From contig JBIKUN010000002.1 of NCBI GenBank assembly GCA_044347565.1, positions 13,118-77,117 on the forward strand: a stretch of DNA of 64,000 bases. Reading direction: 5' to 3'. This stretch comes from Vicinamibacterales bacterium (lineage in GTDB: Bacteria; Acidobacteriota; Vicinamibacteria; Vicinamibacterales; UBA2999). This document shows positions 1 through 10,118 of this stretch, in pieces. Position 1 is the first letter of the stretch. The number at the start of each line of letters is the position of its first letter. The notes under the pieces were generated by a model. It was given only the letters and a program-made list of their open reading frames with translations. It was not told the DNA's origin and made no database searches. A program made the position numbers and the translations under genes.

Positions 1-485
1 CTCAGGCGCGCGCCCATGCGCGGATCGGCGCCGGTGGCGCTCACGAGCACCGGGAGCGTCGCGCCCATGAGCGACGTGGGCACCACGAGCACGGCGGTCG
101 CGAGCACGAACCGCACCGCCGTGAGGAGCGCCATCGATTCCGGCAGGCGCGGCCCGAGCGCGGCGTAGCTGGCTGTCATCCAGGTGACGAGCGGCGCCGC
201 CAGCAGCGCCGTGGCGCCGACCGCGAGTTCAATGGCCGCGAAGGCCACGAAGGCCTGGCGCACGTCGAGCCGCAGCCGGCCGGCAAGCGCGCTGCCCACC
301 GCGAGGCCGGCCATGAATCCGGCCAGCACCGTGCTCGCGGCATGCACCGTGACGCCGAAGACGAGCGACAGCGACCGCAGCCAGACGACCTGGTAGATGA
401 GGGCGGCGAATCCGGAACCGAAGAAGAGGAGACAGACAACAGGCAGGAGCCACCGGGTGGCGGCGCCACGGGAGGGAACAGACAT
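1..485 (-). CDS. Fused MFS-like membrane / spermidine synthase family protein, N-terminal part (runs off the window edge)
   Basis: Manual translation from the ATG at 485 gives MSVPSRGAATRWLLPVVCLLFFGSGFAALIYQVVWLRSLSLVFGVTVHAASTVLAGFMAGLAVGS...PTSLMGATLP, the typical N-terminus of this family. Not in the ORF track because it has no stop in the window. Confidence 0.8.
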   Translation of the reverse strand, partial: MSVPSRGAATRWLLPVVCLLFFGSGFAALIYQVVWLRSLSLVFGVTVHAASTVLAGFMAGLAVGSALAGRLRLDVRQAFVAFAAIELAVGATALLAAPLVTWMTASYAALGPRLPESMALLTAVRFVLATAVLVVPTSLMGATLPVLVSATGADPRMGARL

Positions 486-551
486 GGACGATGGGAGAAT
501 AGTGGCCGACTCGACGTCGAATTGTCTAGATATTCCCGATGAGAGCCATGG

Positions 552-1352
552 CTATTTTCTTGGCATCATCGGGACGAAGGCCGAGGTGCGGCGTACGTAC
601 TCGGCGTAGCCCGGCTTGGTCGACGTGAGGCCCCTTTCGAGCATAGCGACCCCCGACACCTTGAGGAGCAGCCACGTCATGATGCACGGGCTCACGACGG
701 TGGTCCAGCCCGACGGCGTGCCGGCCGCCACGAGGAAGAGCCCCCACCACACGACCGACTCGCCGAAGTAATTCGGATGCCGCGAGTAGCGCCAGAGCCC
801 GACGTCGCAGATGGCGCCCTTCGGCGCGGTCTGCTTGAAGCGGCGGAGCTGCGCGTCGGCCACGGTTTCGAAGAGGAACCCGCCGACGGCGATCGTGAGG
901 CCGGCGAGATCGAACACCGTGGGGAAGGCGGGCGAGGGCGCGAGGGCGGCGCCGATCGGCCACGACACGATCCACGCGATCGTGGCCTGGAGGAAGAACA
1001 CCTTGACCCAGCTGAACCACCACCACGACGCGCCGTTCTGCTGACGCCATAGCGCGTAGCGCGGGTCTTCGCCGTGCCCCACGTTGCGCCGGCCGATGTG
1101 CCAGGCCAGACGCAGCGCCCACGCCGTCACCACCGCCAGCACGGCGAGGGCACGCGGCCCGACCTCGGGCCGGGCCGCGGCGTAGACCGCGCCGGCGAGC
1201 ACGAACGCCGGCCCCCACCACATGTCCACGATGCTGGCATTGCGGAGCGGCAGCGAGACGAGCCACAGCACCGTGAAGGCGCCGACGAGCGCCAGCCACG
1301 CCAGCGTGGCGCCAGGCACGAGGGCGCCGGGAGAGGGAGTCAGCAGGTCCAC
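552..1352 (-). CDS. DUF1295 / steroid 5-alpha-reductase family membrane protein
   Basis: Motifs NASIVDMWWG, GEDPRY, GLWRYSRHPNYFGE and YAEYVRRTSAFVP. Confidence 0.9.
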   Translation of the reverse strand: MDLLTPSPGALVPGATLAWLALVGAFTVLWLVSLPLRNASIVDMWWGPAFVLAGAVYAAARPEVGPRALAVLAVVTAWALRLAWHIGRRNVGHGEDPRYALWRQQNGASWWWFSWVKVFFLQATIAWIVSWPIGAALAPSPAFPTVFDLAGLTIAVGGFLFETVADAQLRRFKQTAPKGAICDVGLWRYSRHPNYFGESVVWWGLFLVAAGTPSGWTTVVSPCIMTWLLLKVSGVAMLERGLTSTKPGYAEYVRRTSAFVPMMPRK

Positions 1353-1385
1353 CCCAGAATCGACGCTCCCTGCGTCAGCAGCGGT

Positions 1386-1889
1386 TCAGCTGCCCCAGCG
1401 CGACGTCAGGTAGGCGACGAGCGCCGGCTTTTCCTCCGCCGACACCTTCGCGCCCCAGCGCACCATCTTGTCCACTTCACGGCCCCAGCCGGCGGCCGAG
1501 AGGCGCTGCTGCTCGGAAAGGTCGTCGTCGTGGCACATCCGGCAGGCTTCCTTGAACACCGCCTCACCCGCGGCGACCGCTGCCGCATCGTGCGACACGG
1601 CGGGCCGCACGCCGAACTGGCGCGTGAGGTAGCCGACGAGTGCGCGCCGCTCGTCGGCGGTGAGTGTGGCGCCCCAGCGTTCCATCTTTGCCACCTCGCG
1701 GTCCCACCCGGCGGGCGAGAGCCGCTGCGACACGATGAGATCCGCTTCGTGACAGCCGATGCACTTGGCCTGCGCCACCTCGACGCCGGCACTCGCCGGC
1801 AGCCCCGGGCTCTGCGCATGCAGCGCCGCGGTGCCGTGCAGCAGGCCGGCGGCGATCGCCGACACGACCGCGAGTGCGCGGACCGTCAC
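1386..1889 (-). CDS. Exported di-heme cytochrome c with two SorB-like domains
   Basis: GTG start overlaps the upstream stop (GTGA). Signal peptide, CIGCH and CRMCH heme motifs, internal duplication. Confidence 0.8.
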   Translation of the reverse strand: MTVRALAVVSAIAAGLLHGTAALHAQSPGLPASAGVEVAQAKCIGCHEADLIVSQRLSPAGWDREVAKMERWGATLTADERRALVGYLTRQFGVRPAVSHDAAAVAAGEAVFKEACRMCHDDDLSEQQRLSAAGWGREVDKMVRWGAKVSAEEKPALVAYLTSRWGS

Positions 1890-3067
1890 GCCTTCACCTC
1901 GATGCGGATGGTGTCGGGTGCGTTCCACAGATAGCCCGAGGGATTCCACTGCGGCACGACCGGCTGCGCCTGACCCTTCGCGTCCGTCGCGCGCGAGAGG
2001 ATGGTGCGCGTCTCGGGCGTCTTCGCCGTGAACGTGAACTCGAAGCGCCGCCACGCATACGGCACGGCCGCGCCCACGAGGCGCGCCGGCTGCCACGTGG
2101 CGCCGTTGTCGACCGACACGTCGACCTTCGCGATGGCCGTCTCGCCGGCCCACGCAAAACCGCCCACGGTAATCGCGCCGGGCGCCACGGTGGCGCCGTC
2201 GAGCGGTGTCGTGATGAGCGACTTCACGACCAGGCCCGTGAGCGGCGCCATGTCCTTCGCGTCCACCGCCGCCCCGGGCGCGACACGCTTCGTGGGATAG
2301 CGATAACCGGTCGCCACCCAGAAGCCGTCGTGTTCCTTCGTGGCCACGGTGATCTTGTTCAGCCACTTGATGGCGTAGGCCCCCTCCCACCCCGGCACGA
2401 CGAGGCGCAGCGGCGCGCCGTGCGCGGCGGGAATCGGCTGGTCGTTCATCGCCCAGGCGATGATCGTGTCGGCGTGGATGGCCTTCGCCATCGGCACCTG
2501 CCGCACGAACGGCGGCTGCGTGCCGAGCGGACGGTCGGCGCCGGCCACATAGAGGTGCGTGGCACCGGGCTTGAGGCCGGCCTGCTTCAGCACGTCGGCC
2601 ACGCGCACGCCCGTCCATTTCGCGGTGCCGACGGCCCCCTTCTTCCACTGAATGCCGGCCACCGGCGGATCGAAGAAGGCGCGGCCGTTGCCGGCACACT
2701 CGAGCGTGACGGTGACCGAGGCCTGCGGCAGGCGCTTCAGATCGGCCACGGTGAGCGTGGCGGGTGTCGAGACTTCGCCGTCGATCGCGAGCGTCCAGCC
2801 GGCCTCGGCCGTGTTTGCCGGCACGGGCATGTGACAGCGCACGTAGAACGCATCCACCGGCGTGAGCAGGTGGTCGAGCAGGGCGACCGGCGTTTCGTAG
2901 TCGGGCGGCCGCGTCGAGAGCGCCCGGAGCTGCGGATGTTTGCCGGCGAGGGCCTGGGCGGAGAGATCCGCCGGCCACAGCGCGGCTACCGCCGCGCCGG
3001 CGCCGAGCTCAGCTGCAAGCATGAGGACCTCGCGGCGCGAGAGCGAGAGACGGTCGATGCGTGACAT
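1886..3067 (-). CDS. Sulfite oxidase family molybdoenzyme (SorA/SoxC-like), Tat-exported
   Basis: SRREVL Tat motif, FYVRCH, LECAGNGR Moco cysteine, HGAPLRLVVPGWEG..IKWL, C-terminal dimerisation domain. Confidence 0.9.
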   Translation of the reverse strand: MSRIDRLSLSRREVLMLAAELGAGAAVAALWPADLSAQALAGKHPQLRALSTRPPDYETPVALLDHLLTPVDAFYVRCHMPVPANTAEAGWTLAIDGEVSTPATLTVADLKRLPQASVTVTLECAGNGRAFFDPPVAGIQWKKGAVGTAKWTGVRVADVLKQAGLKPGATHLYVAGADRPLGTQPPFVRQVPMAKAIHADTIIAWAMNDQPIPAAHGAPLRLVVPGWEGAYAIKWLNKITVATKEHDGFWVATGYRYPTKRVAPGAAVDAKDMAPLTGLVVKSLITTPLDGATVAPGAITVGGFAWAGETAIAKVDVSVDNGATWQPARLVGAAVPYAWRRFEFTFTAKTPETRTILSRATDAKGQAQPVVPQWNPSGYLWNAPDTIRIEVKA

Positions 3068-3073
3068 GCCGGG

Positions 3074-3079
3074 ATTATA
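3074..3079 (-). promoter_or_regulatory. Consensus -10 box (TATAAT) 6 nt upstream of the ATG; probable leaderless promoter
   Basis: Minus strand reads TATAAT-cccggc-ATG with no Shine-Dalgarno. Confidence 0.6.
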
Positions 3080-3094
3080 GGTCCGGACCGGGCG

Positions 3095-5122
3095 CTACTG
3101 GCGCACGCGCGGGTAGCTGCCGGTGGCGGCCCGGAGGAGCTTCACGAAGACGTCGGTGTTGTCGTAGACACCGGTGAACTGCCAGGCCCCTGGCCCGTCG
3201 GCCGACAGCGGCACGTCGCTCGCCGTATGGCCCGCGATATCCACCGGATTGGCGCGGGTGTCGTCGGGGCAGCCGTCGGCCGCGAGGCACCCCGTGGCGT
3301 TGTTCTCGATGGCGCCGGAGACGAGGAAGCCGGGATACGCCTTGCGGTCCACGCCGAGGTTGTCGGTCTGGCCCGACGGGCCGTCGCGGCGCGGGTTGGC
3401 CACGGCGATGCGGCTGGCCGGGTCGGTGATCGTGGCCTTCTGCGCCAGGCGGTTCGAGAGCCAGTTCTCGTAGCGATCGGGGCCGGCGGCAAAACCGAGG
3501 AGCAGCTTGCGCGAGGGATCGGGATCGGTCGGGAAGCCCTTGGCGTCCACGGTGTAGTTGGTGAAGAAGTTGAGCGTCTGCGCCGGGATGAAGCGGAAGG
3601 TGGCGGCGTAGTCGCGCACCGACTTGCCGATGGCCGCGGGCGCGTAGCGTTCGTTGCCCACGCCGATGATACCCAGGCCGCCGCTCTCGTGGTCCGCCGT
3701 GACGATGACGAGCGTGTCGTTGGCCGGGTCCGCGTCCGTGTTGGTGCCGCGCGCGAACTCGAGCGCCACCTTCACGGCATTGTCGAATTCGATCGTGTCC
3801 CAGATGGTGCGGTCGGCGTCGGATTCGTGCGCCTGCTTGTCGATCGAGGCGCCCTCGACCATCAGGTAGAAGCCGCGCGGCGAGTGCGCGCTGAGCGACT
3901 TGAGCGCGAGCGATGTCATGTCGTCGAGCATCGGCTGGTCGCGCAGGTCCTTGTTCGCCTCGAGCGCGAGCTCGTCGCTGTAGCGGCCGGCGCCGACCTT
4001 GTCGAAGGCCACCGACATGTGGCGCGGGTGGAAGAGCCCGAGCAGGGCCTTCGGGGCGGGCCCCGCGAGCTTCGCCGTGACGTCGGCGCGCGTGCGCAGC
4101 ACGTCATAACCCTCGGCCGCGTAGGCGGCCACGAGATCGCGCGAGTCCTTGCGCGTGCCGCCCTGGCTCGCCGGCGAGAAGTAGGTGGCGCCGCCGCCCA
4201 TGAGCACCGTGACGCCGTTCGTGGCGCGTTCGTCGAAGAGCCGCGCCGCGATGTCGTAGTAGGCGTCGCGGAAGGAGGTGTGCACGGCGTTACCGGCCGG
4301 TGTCGCGTCGATGACCGAGGCGGTCGTCACGAGGCCGACGTTGAAGCCGCGGCCGCGTGTGCGCCGCAGCATCTCGCCGATGTACTCGACGCGCGGGTTG
4401 TCGAAGTGATCGGGTGTGTTGTCGGGATAGACGCCGACGTGATTGTTATTGGCCTTGTGGCCGGTGGAGTAGGACGACATGCCCGGCGCCGAATCGGTGA
4501 CCGTGGCGTTCAATGACGAGGTCATGACGAGGCCGGTCACGCCGAGGGTGTCCATGGCGAGCGGACCGTTGGTCTTGCCGTAGGTCTGGCCGCGCGAGAC
4601 GATCCGCGCCGCCGTGCGGTGCTGGATGCCCATGCCATCACCCACGAGCATGATGATGTTCCGCGCCGGCCGTGTGCCGGCGCGCGGCGTCTGCCACGCC
4701 GCCACGTCGTAGCTGGCGGTGAGCGTCGCGCCGTCGTTCGTGCGCACCACCACCTCGTGCCGGCCCGGCGTGGTGAAGCGCTGATCGCGCACGAGGAAGT
4801 TGGAGCTCGTGGCGCCGGCCGGCGCCGTGGCGCGGGCGCTGGCATCGGGCGCCGTGCCGGTGCCGCCCACGCCGAGTTCGCCGTTCAGGCCGGGCGCGAG
4901 CACGTTGCGGGTGGTGATGTCGCGGCCATCGAGCGTCACACTCAGCCCGCGCGGCGCCGTGCCGTCACCCTCCGCTTCCACCCGCAGATCGAACCGCTGG
5001 CCAACGGCCATCGTCGCGCCCGAGGGCGGCATGATCCGCAGCCGCGTCGCGGCGAAGACGGGGCCTGTCACGGCCGGCAGGAACGAGCTCAGCACCAGGG
5101 CGGAGACGGCGAACACGCGCAT
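3095..5122 (-). CDS. Alkaline phosphatase (PhoA family) with an N-terminal extension
   Basis: Signal peptide; NIIMLVGDGMG, VTDSA (catalytic Ser), DATPA, LMVEGASIDKQAH, VTADHE and GHTASDV motifs. Confidence 0.9.
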   Translation of the reverse strand: MRVFAVSALVLSSFLPAVTGPVFAATRLRIMPPSGATMAVGQRFDLRVEAEGDGTAPRGLSVTLDGRDITTRNVLAPGLNGELGVGGTGTAPDASARATAPAGATSSNFLVRDQRFTTPGRHEVVVRTNDGATLTASYDVAAWQTPRAGTRPARNIIMLVGDGMGIQHRTAARIVSRGQTYGKTNGPLAMDTLGVTGLVMTSSLNATVTDSAPGMSSYSTGHKANNNHVGVYPDNTPDHFDNPRVEYIGEMLRRTRGRGFNVGLVTTASVIDATPAGNAVHTSFRDAYYDIAARLFDERATNGVTVLMGGGATYFSPASQGGTRKDSRDLVAAYAAEGYDVLRTRADVTAKLAGPAPKALLGLFHPRHMSVAFDKVGAGRYSDELALEANKDLRDQPMLDDMTSLALKSLSAHSPRGFYLMVEGASIDKQAHESDADRTIWDTIEFDNAVKVALEFARGTNTDADPANDTLVIVTADHESGGLGIIGVGNERYAPAAIGKSVRDYAATFRFIPAQTLNFFTNYTVDAKGFPTDPDPSRKLLLGFAAGPDRYENWLSNRLAQKATITDPASRIAVANPRRDGPSGQTDNLGVDRKAYPGFLVSGAIENNATGCLAADGCPDDTRANPVDIAGHTASDVPLSADGPGAWQFTGVYDNTDVFVKLLRAATGSYPRVRQ

Positions 5123-5178
5123 CCGGCGATGCTAGCACGCGGGTCCGCGGCGGCCGTGTCACGTCGGCGTGACATCGG

Positions 5179-5967
5179 TCACGCTTCGAGCTGGTCGAGC
5201 AGCGGACGCCAGCGGCGCCGCGAGACTTCCACCGTCGTGCCGTTCACGAGCACGAGCTGCCCGGTGCCGTCGGTGTGCGGCTTGGCCTCGCGCACGGCGT
5301 CGAGATGCACGACCACCGAGCGCGAGATCTGGAAGAAGCGGGCGCCGTCGAGCCGCCGCAGGAGCTGCGCCAGCGTGGGCTGCATCAGCAGTTGTTCGGT
5401 GGCGGTGTGCAGGCGCGTCTGACCGTCGTCGAAGCTGAAGGCGATGACCTCCGCCACCGGCACCACGAGGTAGCGGGCGCCGCGGCGGGCGAGGAACCGT
5501 GTGGGCGGCCCGCCGGGGAGCGGCGCCTCGGTGTTGCTGGCCTCGTCGTCGGCGCCGTCGTCTCCCGACGGTTCGGCGGCCGGGGCAGGGGCGGGCGCGA
5601 CGGGCGGCACGACGGGCCGCGTCACCCGCGCGATCGCGGCATCAAGCCTGGCGCGCGTCACGGGTTTCAGCAGGTAGTCCACGGCCTGCAGTTCGAAGGC
5701 GTCCACGGCGTGCTGGTCGAACGCGGTGCAGAAGATGATGGCCGGCCGCGGCTGGCCAAGCGACGCCGCGACTTCGAGGCCGCTGCAGCCCGGCATCTGG
5801 ATGTCGAGGAAGACCACGTCGGGCGCGAGCGCCTGAATGCGCTCCACCGCCTGCACGCCGTCTTCGGCTTCGCCGACGATGGTGAGGTCCGTGCGCTCCG
5901 AGAGGAGCTGGCGCAGGCGCGCTCTGGCCGGCGCTTCGTCGTCCACGAGCAGGGCGGTCAGGGTCAT
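5179..5967 (-). CDS. LytTR-family response regulator
   Basis: MTLTALLVDDE...FLDIQMPG...DYLLKP receiver plus FFQISRSVVV..VSRR LytTR domain. ATGA overlap with the upstream gene. Confidence 0.9.
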   Translation of the reverse strand: MTLTALLVDDEAPARARLRQLLSERTDLTIVGEAEDGVQAVERIQALAPDVVFLDIQMPGCSGLEVAASLGQPRPAIIFCTAFDQHAVDAFELQAVDYLLKPVTRARLDAAIARVTRPVVPPVAPAPAPAAEPSGDDGADDEASNTEAPLPGGPPTRFLARRGARYLVVPVAEVIAFSFDDGQTRLHTATEQLLMQPTLAQLLRRLDGARFFQISRSVVVHLDAVREAKPHTDGTGQLVLVNGTTVEVSRRRWRPLLDQLEA

Positions 5968-7058
5968 GCCGTTCTCCGCAGGACGAACACGGTCACGTCG
6001 TCCTGTGTCTGATCGCATCCGCGATGGTCGCACACCGCGGCGACGATGGCCGCGGCGAGCACCTCGCAGTCGCCGCCGTGCCGGGCCACGAGCGTGGGGA
6101 TGTGCGTGAGGTCCCAGTCGGTGCCAGCCACATCGCGCGCTTCGGTCACGCCGTCGCTCACGACGACGAGCGTGTCGCCCGGCGCCAGCACGTGCCCGGC
6201 GTCGGCGAACACCGGCGCGTCGAGCAACCCCACGGCCGGCGCGGTCACGTCGAGGCCCACGGTCGGCGCGCCGTCCGGCCCGATGACGAGCGGGGCGGGA
6301 TGGCCCGCGTTCACGTAGCGCACGGCGCCGCTTGCCGGATCGAGCAGCGCGTGCACGAGGGTCGCGTAGCGCGAGCCTTCCGTAGAGGCGAGGATGTCGC
6401 GATTGAGCGCCGTCATCATCTCCGTCGCCGTGAGGTCGCGCTGCCGCATCGCCGCCTGCCAGCGCGCCTGCACGCTCGAGGCGATGAGCCCGGCCGCCAT
6501 GCCCTTGCCGGAGACGTCGCCGAGCACGAAGGCGAGCCGGCCTTCCACGATCGTCGCGTCGTAGAAGTCGCCGCCCACGGCGCGGGCCGGCAGCGTGCGG
6601 GCGGCCATCGTGTAGCCGGGCACGTCGGGCAGCGAGCGCGGCAGCAGATGCGCCTGGGCGCGCGCCGCCGCCGTCCATTCACGTTCAGTGTCGCGGCGGG
6701 CGGCGAGCTTCGCGCGCAGGCGGTCGAGCGTCTGCGCCAGACGCTGGCGGTTCACCGGCTTCAGCAGGTAATCGGCCGGGTCGTACTGGAAGGCGTCTAC
6801 CGCGAACCGTTCGTAGGCGGTGGCGAAGACGACGAACGGGCGCGGCTCCGGCAGCGAGGCCGCGAGCTCCGTGCCGCGTTCGGCCGGCATCTCGATGTCG
6901 AGGAACACGACGTCGGGCGCCACCTGCGCGATGACCGCGCGCGCCTCGTCCGCATTGGCCGCCTGGCCCACCACGGTCACGCCGCCCGCTTCGACGAGCA
7001 GCGCCGTGAGACGCGCCCGCGCCGGCGCTTCGTCGTCCACCAGCACGACGCGCATCAT
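5964..7058 (-). CDS. Receiver domain fused to a PP2C/SpoIIE phosphatase
   Basis: REC (VDDE, FLDIEMP, DYLLKP) followed by VGGDFYD, GDVSGKG, NAGHP, SDGVTE and QDDVT. Confidence 0.9.
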   Translation of the reverse strand: MMRVVLVDDEAPARARLTALLVEAGGVTVVGQAANADEARAVIAQVAPDVVFLDIEMPAERGTELAASLPEPRPFVVFATAYERFAVDAFQYDPADYLLKPVNRQRLAQTLDRLRAKLAARRDTEREWTAAARAQAHLLPRSLPDVPGYTMAARTLPARAVGGDFYDATIVEGRLAFVLGDVSGKGMAAGLIASSVQARWQAAMRQRDLTATEMMTALNRDILASTEGSRYATLVHALLDPASGAVRYVNAGHPAPLVIGPDGAPTVGLDVTAPAVGLLDAPVFADAGHVLAPGDTLVVVSDGVTEARDVAGTDWDLTHIPTLVARHGGDCEVLAAAIVAAVCDHRGCDQTQDDVTVFVLRRTA

Positions 7059-9028
7059 GCCGTGGCCGCGGCGACGGGACGCTGGTCGGCGCCGACGAAC
7101 GGCATGTCGATGCGCGCGATGGTGACGTGCCGCAGCGGATCGCGCGTGAGGGTGAAGGTGGCGGCCTCGCCGAAGTGGCCGCGCAGGCGGTCGCGTACGC
7201 TGCGCAGGCCGAACTGCTCACCGGCGCGGCGGGCGAAGGCGGCGCGTTCGGGCGTCTGCTCGAGGCCAGGGCCGTTGTCGCAGATGTCGATCGTGAGCCG
7301 GTCGCCGGCCGCCGTCGCCATGACGTCCAGCGTGCCGTGGCCGCGCACCTGCGCGATGCCGTGTTTCACGGCGTTCTCGACCAGCGTGTGCACGAGCATC
7401 GCCGGCACGTGGGCGCGGCGGGCGGCGGCATCCGCCTCGATCGTGTAACGCAGGCGGGCGCCGAAGCGCGCCTCCTCGACGTCGAGGTACGCGGCGGCGA
7501 ACGCCAGTTCCTGGTCGAGCGGCGCCCACTCGCTGTCGGACCGGCGCAGCGTGTGGCGGAACACCTCCGAGAGCTGCTCGACGGCGCGGTCGGCGCGTAC
7601 CGGATCGCTGTGGATGAGTGAGGCCACCGTGTTGAGCGCGTTGAAGAGGAAGTGCGGATTGATCTGCGCCCGCAGCGCCTTCAGTTCCGACTGGCTCGAC
7701 TGCAGGCGCAGCTCCTGCGCCAGCAGGTCCTGCTCCTGGCGCCGCTGCTGCAGGCGCACGTTCTCGACCAGGTAGGTGATGACCGTGCCGAGCGAACGCA
7801 GCAGCGTGAGATCTTCGCTGAGCAGCACGCGCTCGCCATGCACGACCGGCACGATCACCCACAGGCTCGGGTCGGCGGCGCTGCCGTCGATCTTGAAGGC
7901 GGTGCGGACGTTGACCGGCGGATCGTCCACGGTGCTCAGGCGCACGGTCACGCCGAGCACCTCCTTGAGGCTGGCTTCTGACAATGCGATGAGGCTCGCT
8001 TCGTCCGTGGCGGTCTGCAGTGACGCGAGCACCGTGGTGACGGCGCTCACGGGCGTGTAGTGACGGCCGAACCAGGCGCGATCGAGCTGCTGGCTGAGCC
8101 AGCGCGACAGGCGCGGCGCCACCATCATGAGCGGCACGGCGGCGAGCGCGAAGAGCCACGGCCGCGCCCCATCGCGCGGCAGCACGTCGAGGAGCGGCAG
8201 CACCACGACGTAGAACCCGCCGAGGGCGAGCAGCGTCGCCAGCAGCATCGCGCCGCGCTTCACGAGCAGGTCGTAGAACTCGAAGCGGTTCTCGTAGTAG
8301 GTCGTGGCCGAGAAGAAGAGCAGCGGCGTGACGCTCATGAGCTTGCCGAGCATGCCGAAGGAGAACGTCGACTCTGACGCGAGCACCGGCACGAAGTTCA
8401 TGAGCGCCAGCACGAAGAACAGCCCGTTCAGCACCCGGCGCAGCTTGTCGCCCTCCGGCGTCCGGGCGCCGCGCGGATTGCGGTGCAGCACGACGCCCGA
8501 AAAGATGCCCGAAATCGTGAAGAGCATGGCGATCGTGAACCCCACGGTGAAGTCGGCATTCGGCAGGCGCCAGATCCGCACCGCGGCCCCGACGGCGACG
8601 AGGCCGGCGGCGGCGGCCAGCACGTAGCCGGCCCCCAGGGCGCGGGTGGCCCACGTGCGCGAGGGCTCGGGCCATTCGCTCACGTGCGCCTCGCGCCGCG
8701 TGGTGTGCATGATGAGCGGCGGGAAGCCGAACACCAGCGCGAGCTGCAGCAGGTCGAGCCAGCTCCGGCGGCTGGGCCCGGTGGCCATGTCGATGAACTG
8801 ATCGAGGGCCAGCACGATGAACCACACGGCCGACCAGGCGAAGAGGGCCACGCCCGACGGATCGAGCCGTCCCGTGGAGCTGCCGCCATGGGTGTGGTGC
8901 GGCGCCCACACGGGCGCCGCCTGGCGCACCGAGAGGGTGAGGGCGGAGCCGTACGCGAAGGCGCCCAGCACGTAGACGAGCAGGAACGCGATGTCGATGG
9001 CGGTGGACATGGCCGGCATCAGGAGCAT
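7055..9028 (-). CDS. LytS/YehU-type membrane sensor histidine kinase
   Basis: Multiple TM helices; LKALRAQINPHFLFNALN, LVENAVKHG, DNGPG. The true start may be 9019 or 9010. Confidence 0.9.
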   Translation of the reverse strand: MLLMPAMSTAIDIAFLLVYVLGAFAYGSALTLSVRQAAPVWAPHHTHGGSSTGRLDPSGVALFAWSAVWFIVLALDQFIDMATGPSRRSWLDLLQLALVFGFPPLIMHTTRREAHVSEWPEPSRTWATRALGAGYVLAAAAGLVAVGAAVRIWRLPNADFTVGFTIAMLFTISGIFSGVVLHRNPRGARTPEGDKLRRVLNGLFFVLALMNFVPVLASESTFSFGMLGKLMSVTPLLFFSATTYYENRFEFYDLLVKRGAMLLATLLALGGFYVVVLPLLDVLPRDGARPWLFALAAVPLMMVAPRLSRWLSQQLDRAWFGRHYTPVSAVTTVLASLQTATDEASLIALSEASLKEVLGVTVRLSTVDDPPVNVRTAFKIDGSAADPSLWVIVPVVHGERVLLSEDLTLLRSLGTVITYLVENVRLQQRRQEQDLLAQELRLQSSQSELKALRAQINPHFLFNALNTVASLIHSDPVRADRAVEQLSEVFRHTLRRSDSEWAPLDQELAFAAAYLDVEEARFGARLRYTIEADAAARRAHVPAMLVHTLVENAVKHGIAQVRGHGTLDVMATAAGDRLTIDICDNGPGLEQTPERAAFARRAGEQFGLRSVRDRLRGHFGEAATFTLTRDPLRHVTIARIDMPFVGADQRPVAAATA

Positions 9029-9153
9029 ACGACGCCGGGGAGGCTGGCGGGGCGAAGCAGCTGGCCGGACGGTGGTGACGGAGCGTCGACCGGCGGGGCG
9101 GCGTCACCGAGCGGACGCGCCAGGAGCCCGAGTCCGTGAGGCACAATGCGGGC

Positions 9154-10044
9154 GTGCCGCCGCTGACACGGTTCGCCCCCGCGCCCACGGGCTACCTGCA
9201 TCTGGGCCACGTGGTGAACGCGCTGCACGTCTGGGGCCTGGCCCGCGCGCGCGGCGGACGAGTGCTGCTGCGCATCGAAGACCACGACCGCCAGCGCTGC
9301 CGGCCGGAATACGAAGCGGCGCTGCTCGACGACCTCGACTGGCTCGGCGTCGTGCCGGACGTCTTCCCCACGGGGGCCTTCCGCGCCGGACGCTGCGACG
9401 GGCGACAGTCAGACCGTCACGCGCACTACGCCCGCGCCGCCGAGACACTCGCCGCCCGCGGCCTCGTCTACGCCTGCGCCTGCACGCGGCGCGAGATCGA
9501 AGAGGCCACGTCGGCTGCGCCGCACGCAGGCGAGCTCCGCTACCCGGGCACGTGCCGGCATCGCGGCCTGCCGCTCGCGGACGGCGTCGGCTGGCGCCTC
9601 GTGCTGCCCGACGACACCATCACGTTCGACGACCTCGCACACGGCCCGACCACGCAGACGCCGGCAGCGCAGTGCGGCGATCTGCTCGTGCGCGACCGGC
9701 TCGGCAACTGGACGTATCAGCTCGCGGTGGTCGTCGATGATCTGCTGCACGGCATCGACCTCGTCGTGCGCGGCGACGACCTGTTCGCCTCCACCGGGCG
9801 CCAGGTCCTGCTCGCGCGGCTGCTCGGCCGCGAGTCGCCGCCGGCGTTCTTCCATCACAGCCTCGTGATGCAGACGCCCACACAGAAGCTGAGCAAGTCG
9901 GATGGCGCCCGCGGCGTCCGCGACCTGCGTGCCGCCGGCTGGACGCCGGCGCGGGTGCTCGGCCACGCCGCCCACCTGGGCGGCCTGATGCCCGCACCGC
10001 GTGATCTCACGACCGCGGACGTGCCGGCTCTCTTCGCGCGCTGA
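9154..10044 (+). CDS. gluQ: Glutamyl-Q tRNA(Asp) synthetase-like protein (GluRS catalytic domain only)
   Basis: TRFAPAPTGYLHLGH, LRIEDHD, CACTR..YPGTC zinc site, YQLAVVVDD, VRGDDL, KLSKS. No anticodon-binding domain. Confidence 0.8.
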   Translation: MPPLTRFAPAPTGYLHLGHVVNALHVWGLARARGGRVLLRIEDHDRQRCRPEYEAALLDDLDWLGVVPDVFPTGAFRAGRCDGRQSDRHAHYARAAETLAARGLVYACACTRREIEEATSAAPHAGELRYPGTCRHRGLPLADGVGWRLVLPDDTITFDDLAHGPTTQTPAAQCGDLLVRDRLGNWTYQLAVVVDDLLHGIDLVVRGDDLFASTGRQVLLARLLGRESPPAFFHHSLVMQTPTQKLSKSDGARGVRDLRAAGWTPARVLGHAAHLGGLMPAPRDLTTADVPALFAR

Positions 10045-10118
10045 CTCGCGCGGCCCCCACGCCGATGGCGGCTACCGCGCCGCATGGGCCGGAGTATCGC
10101 CGCGCATCCCGCGACCGG

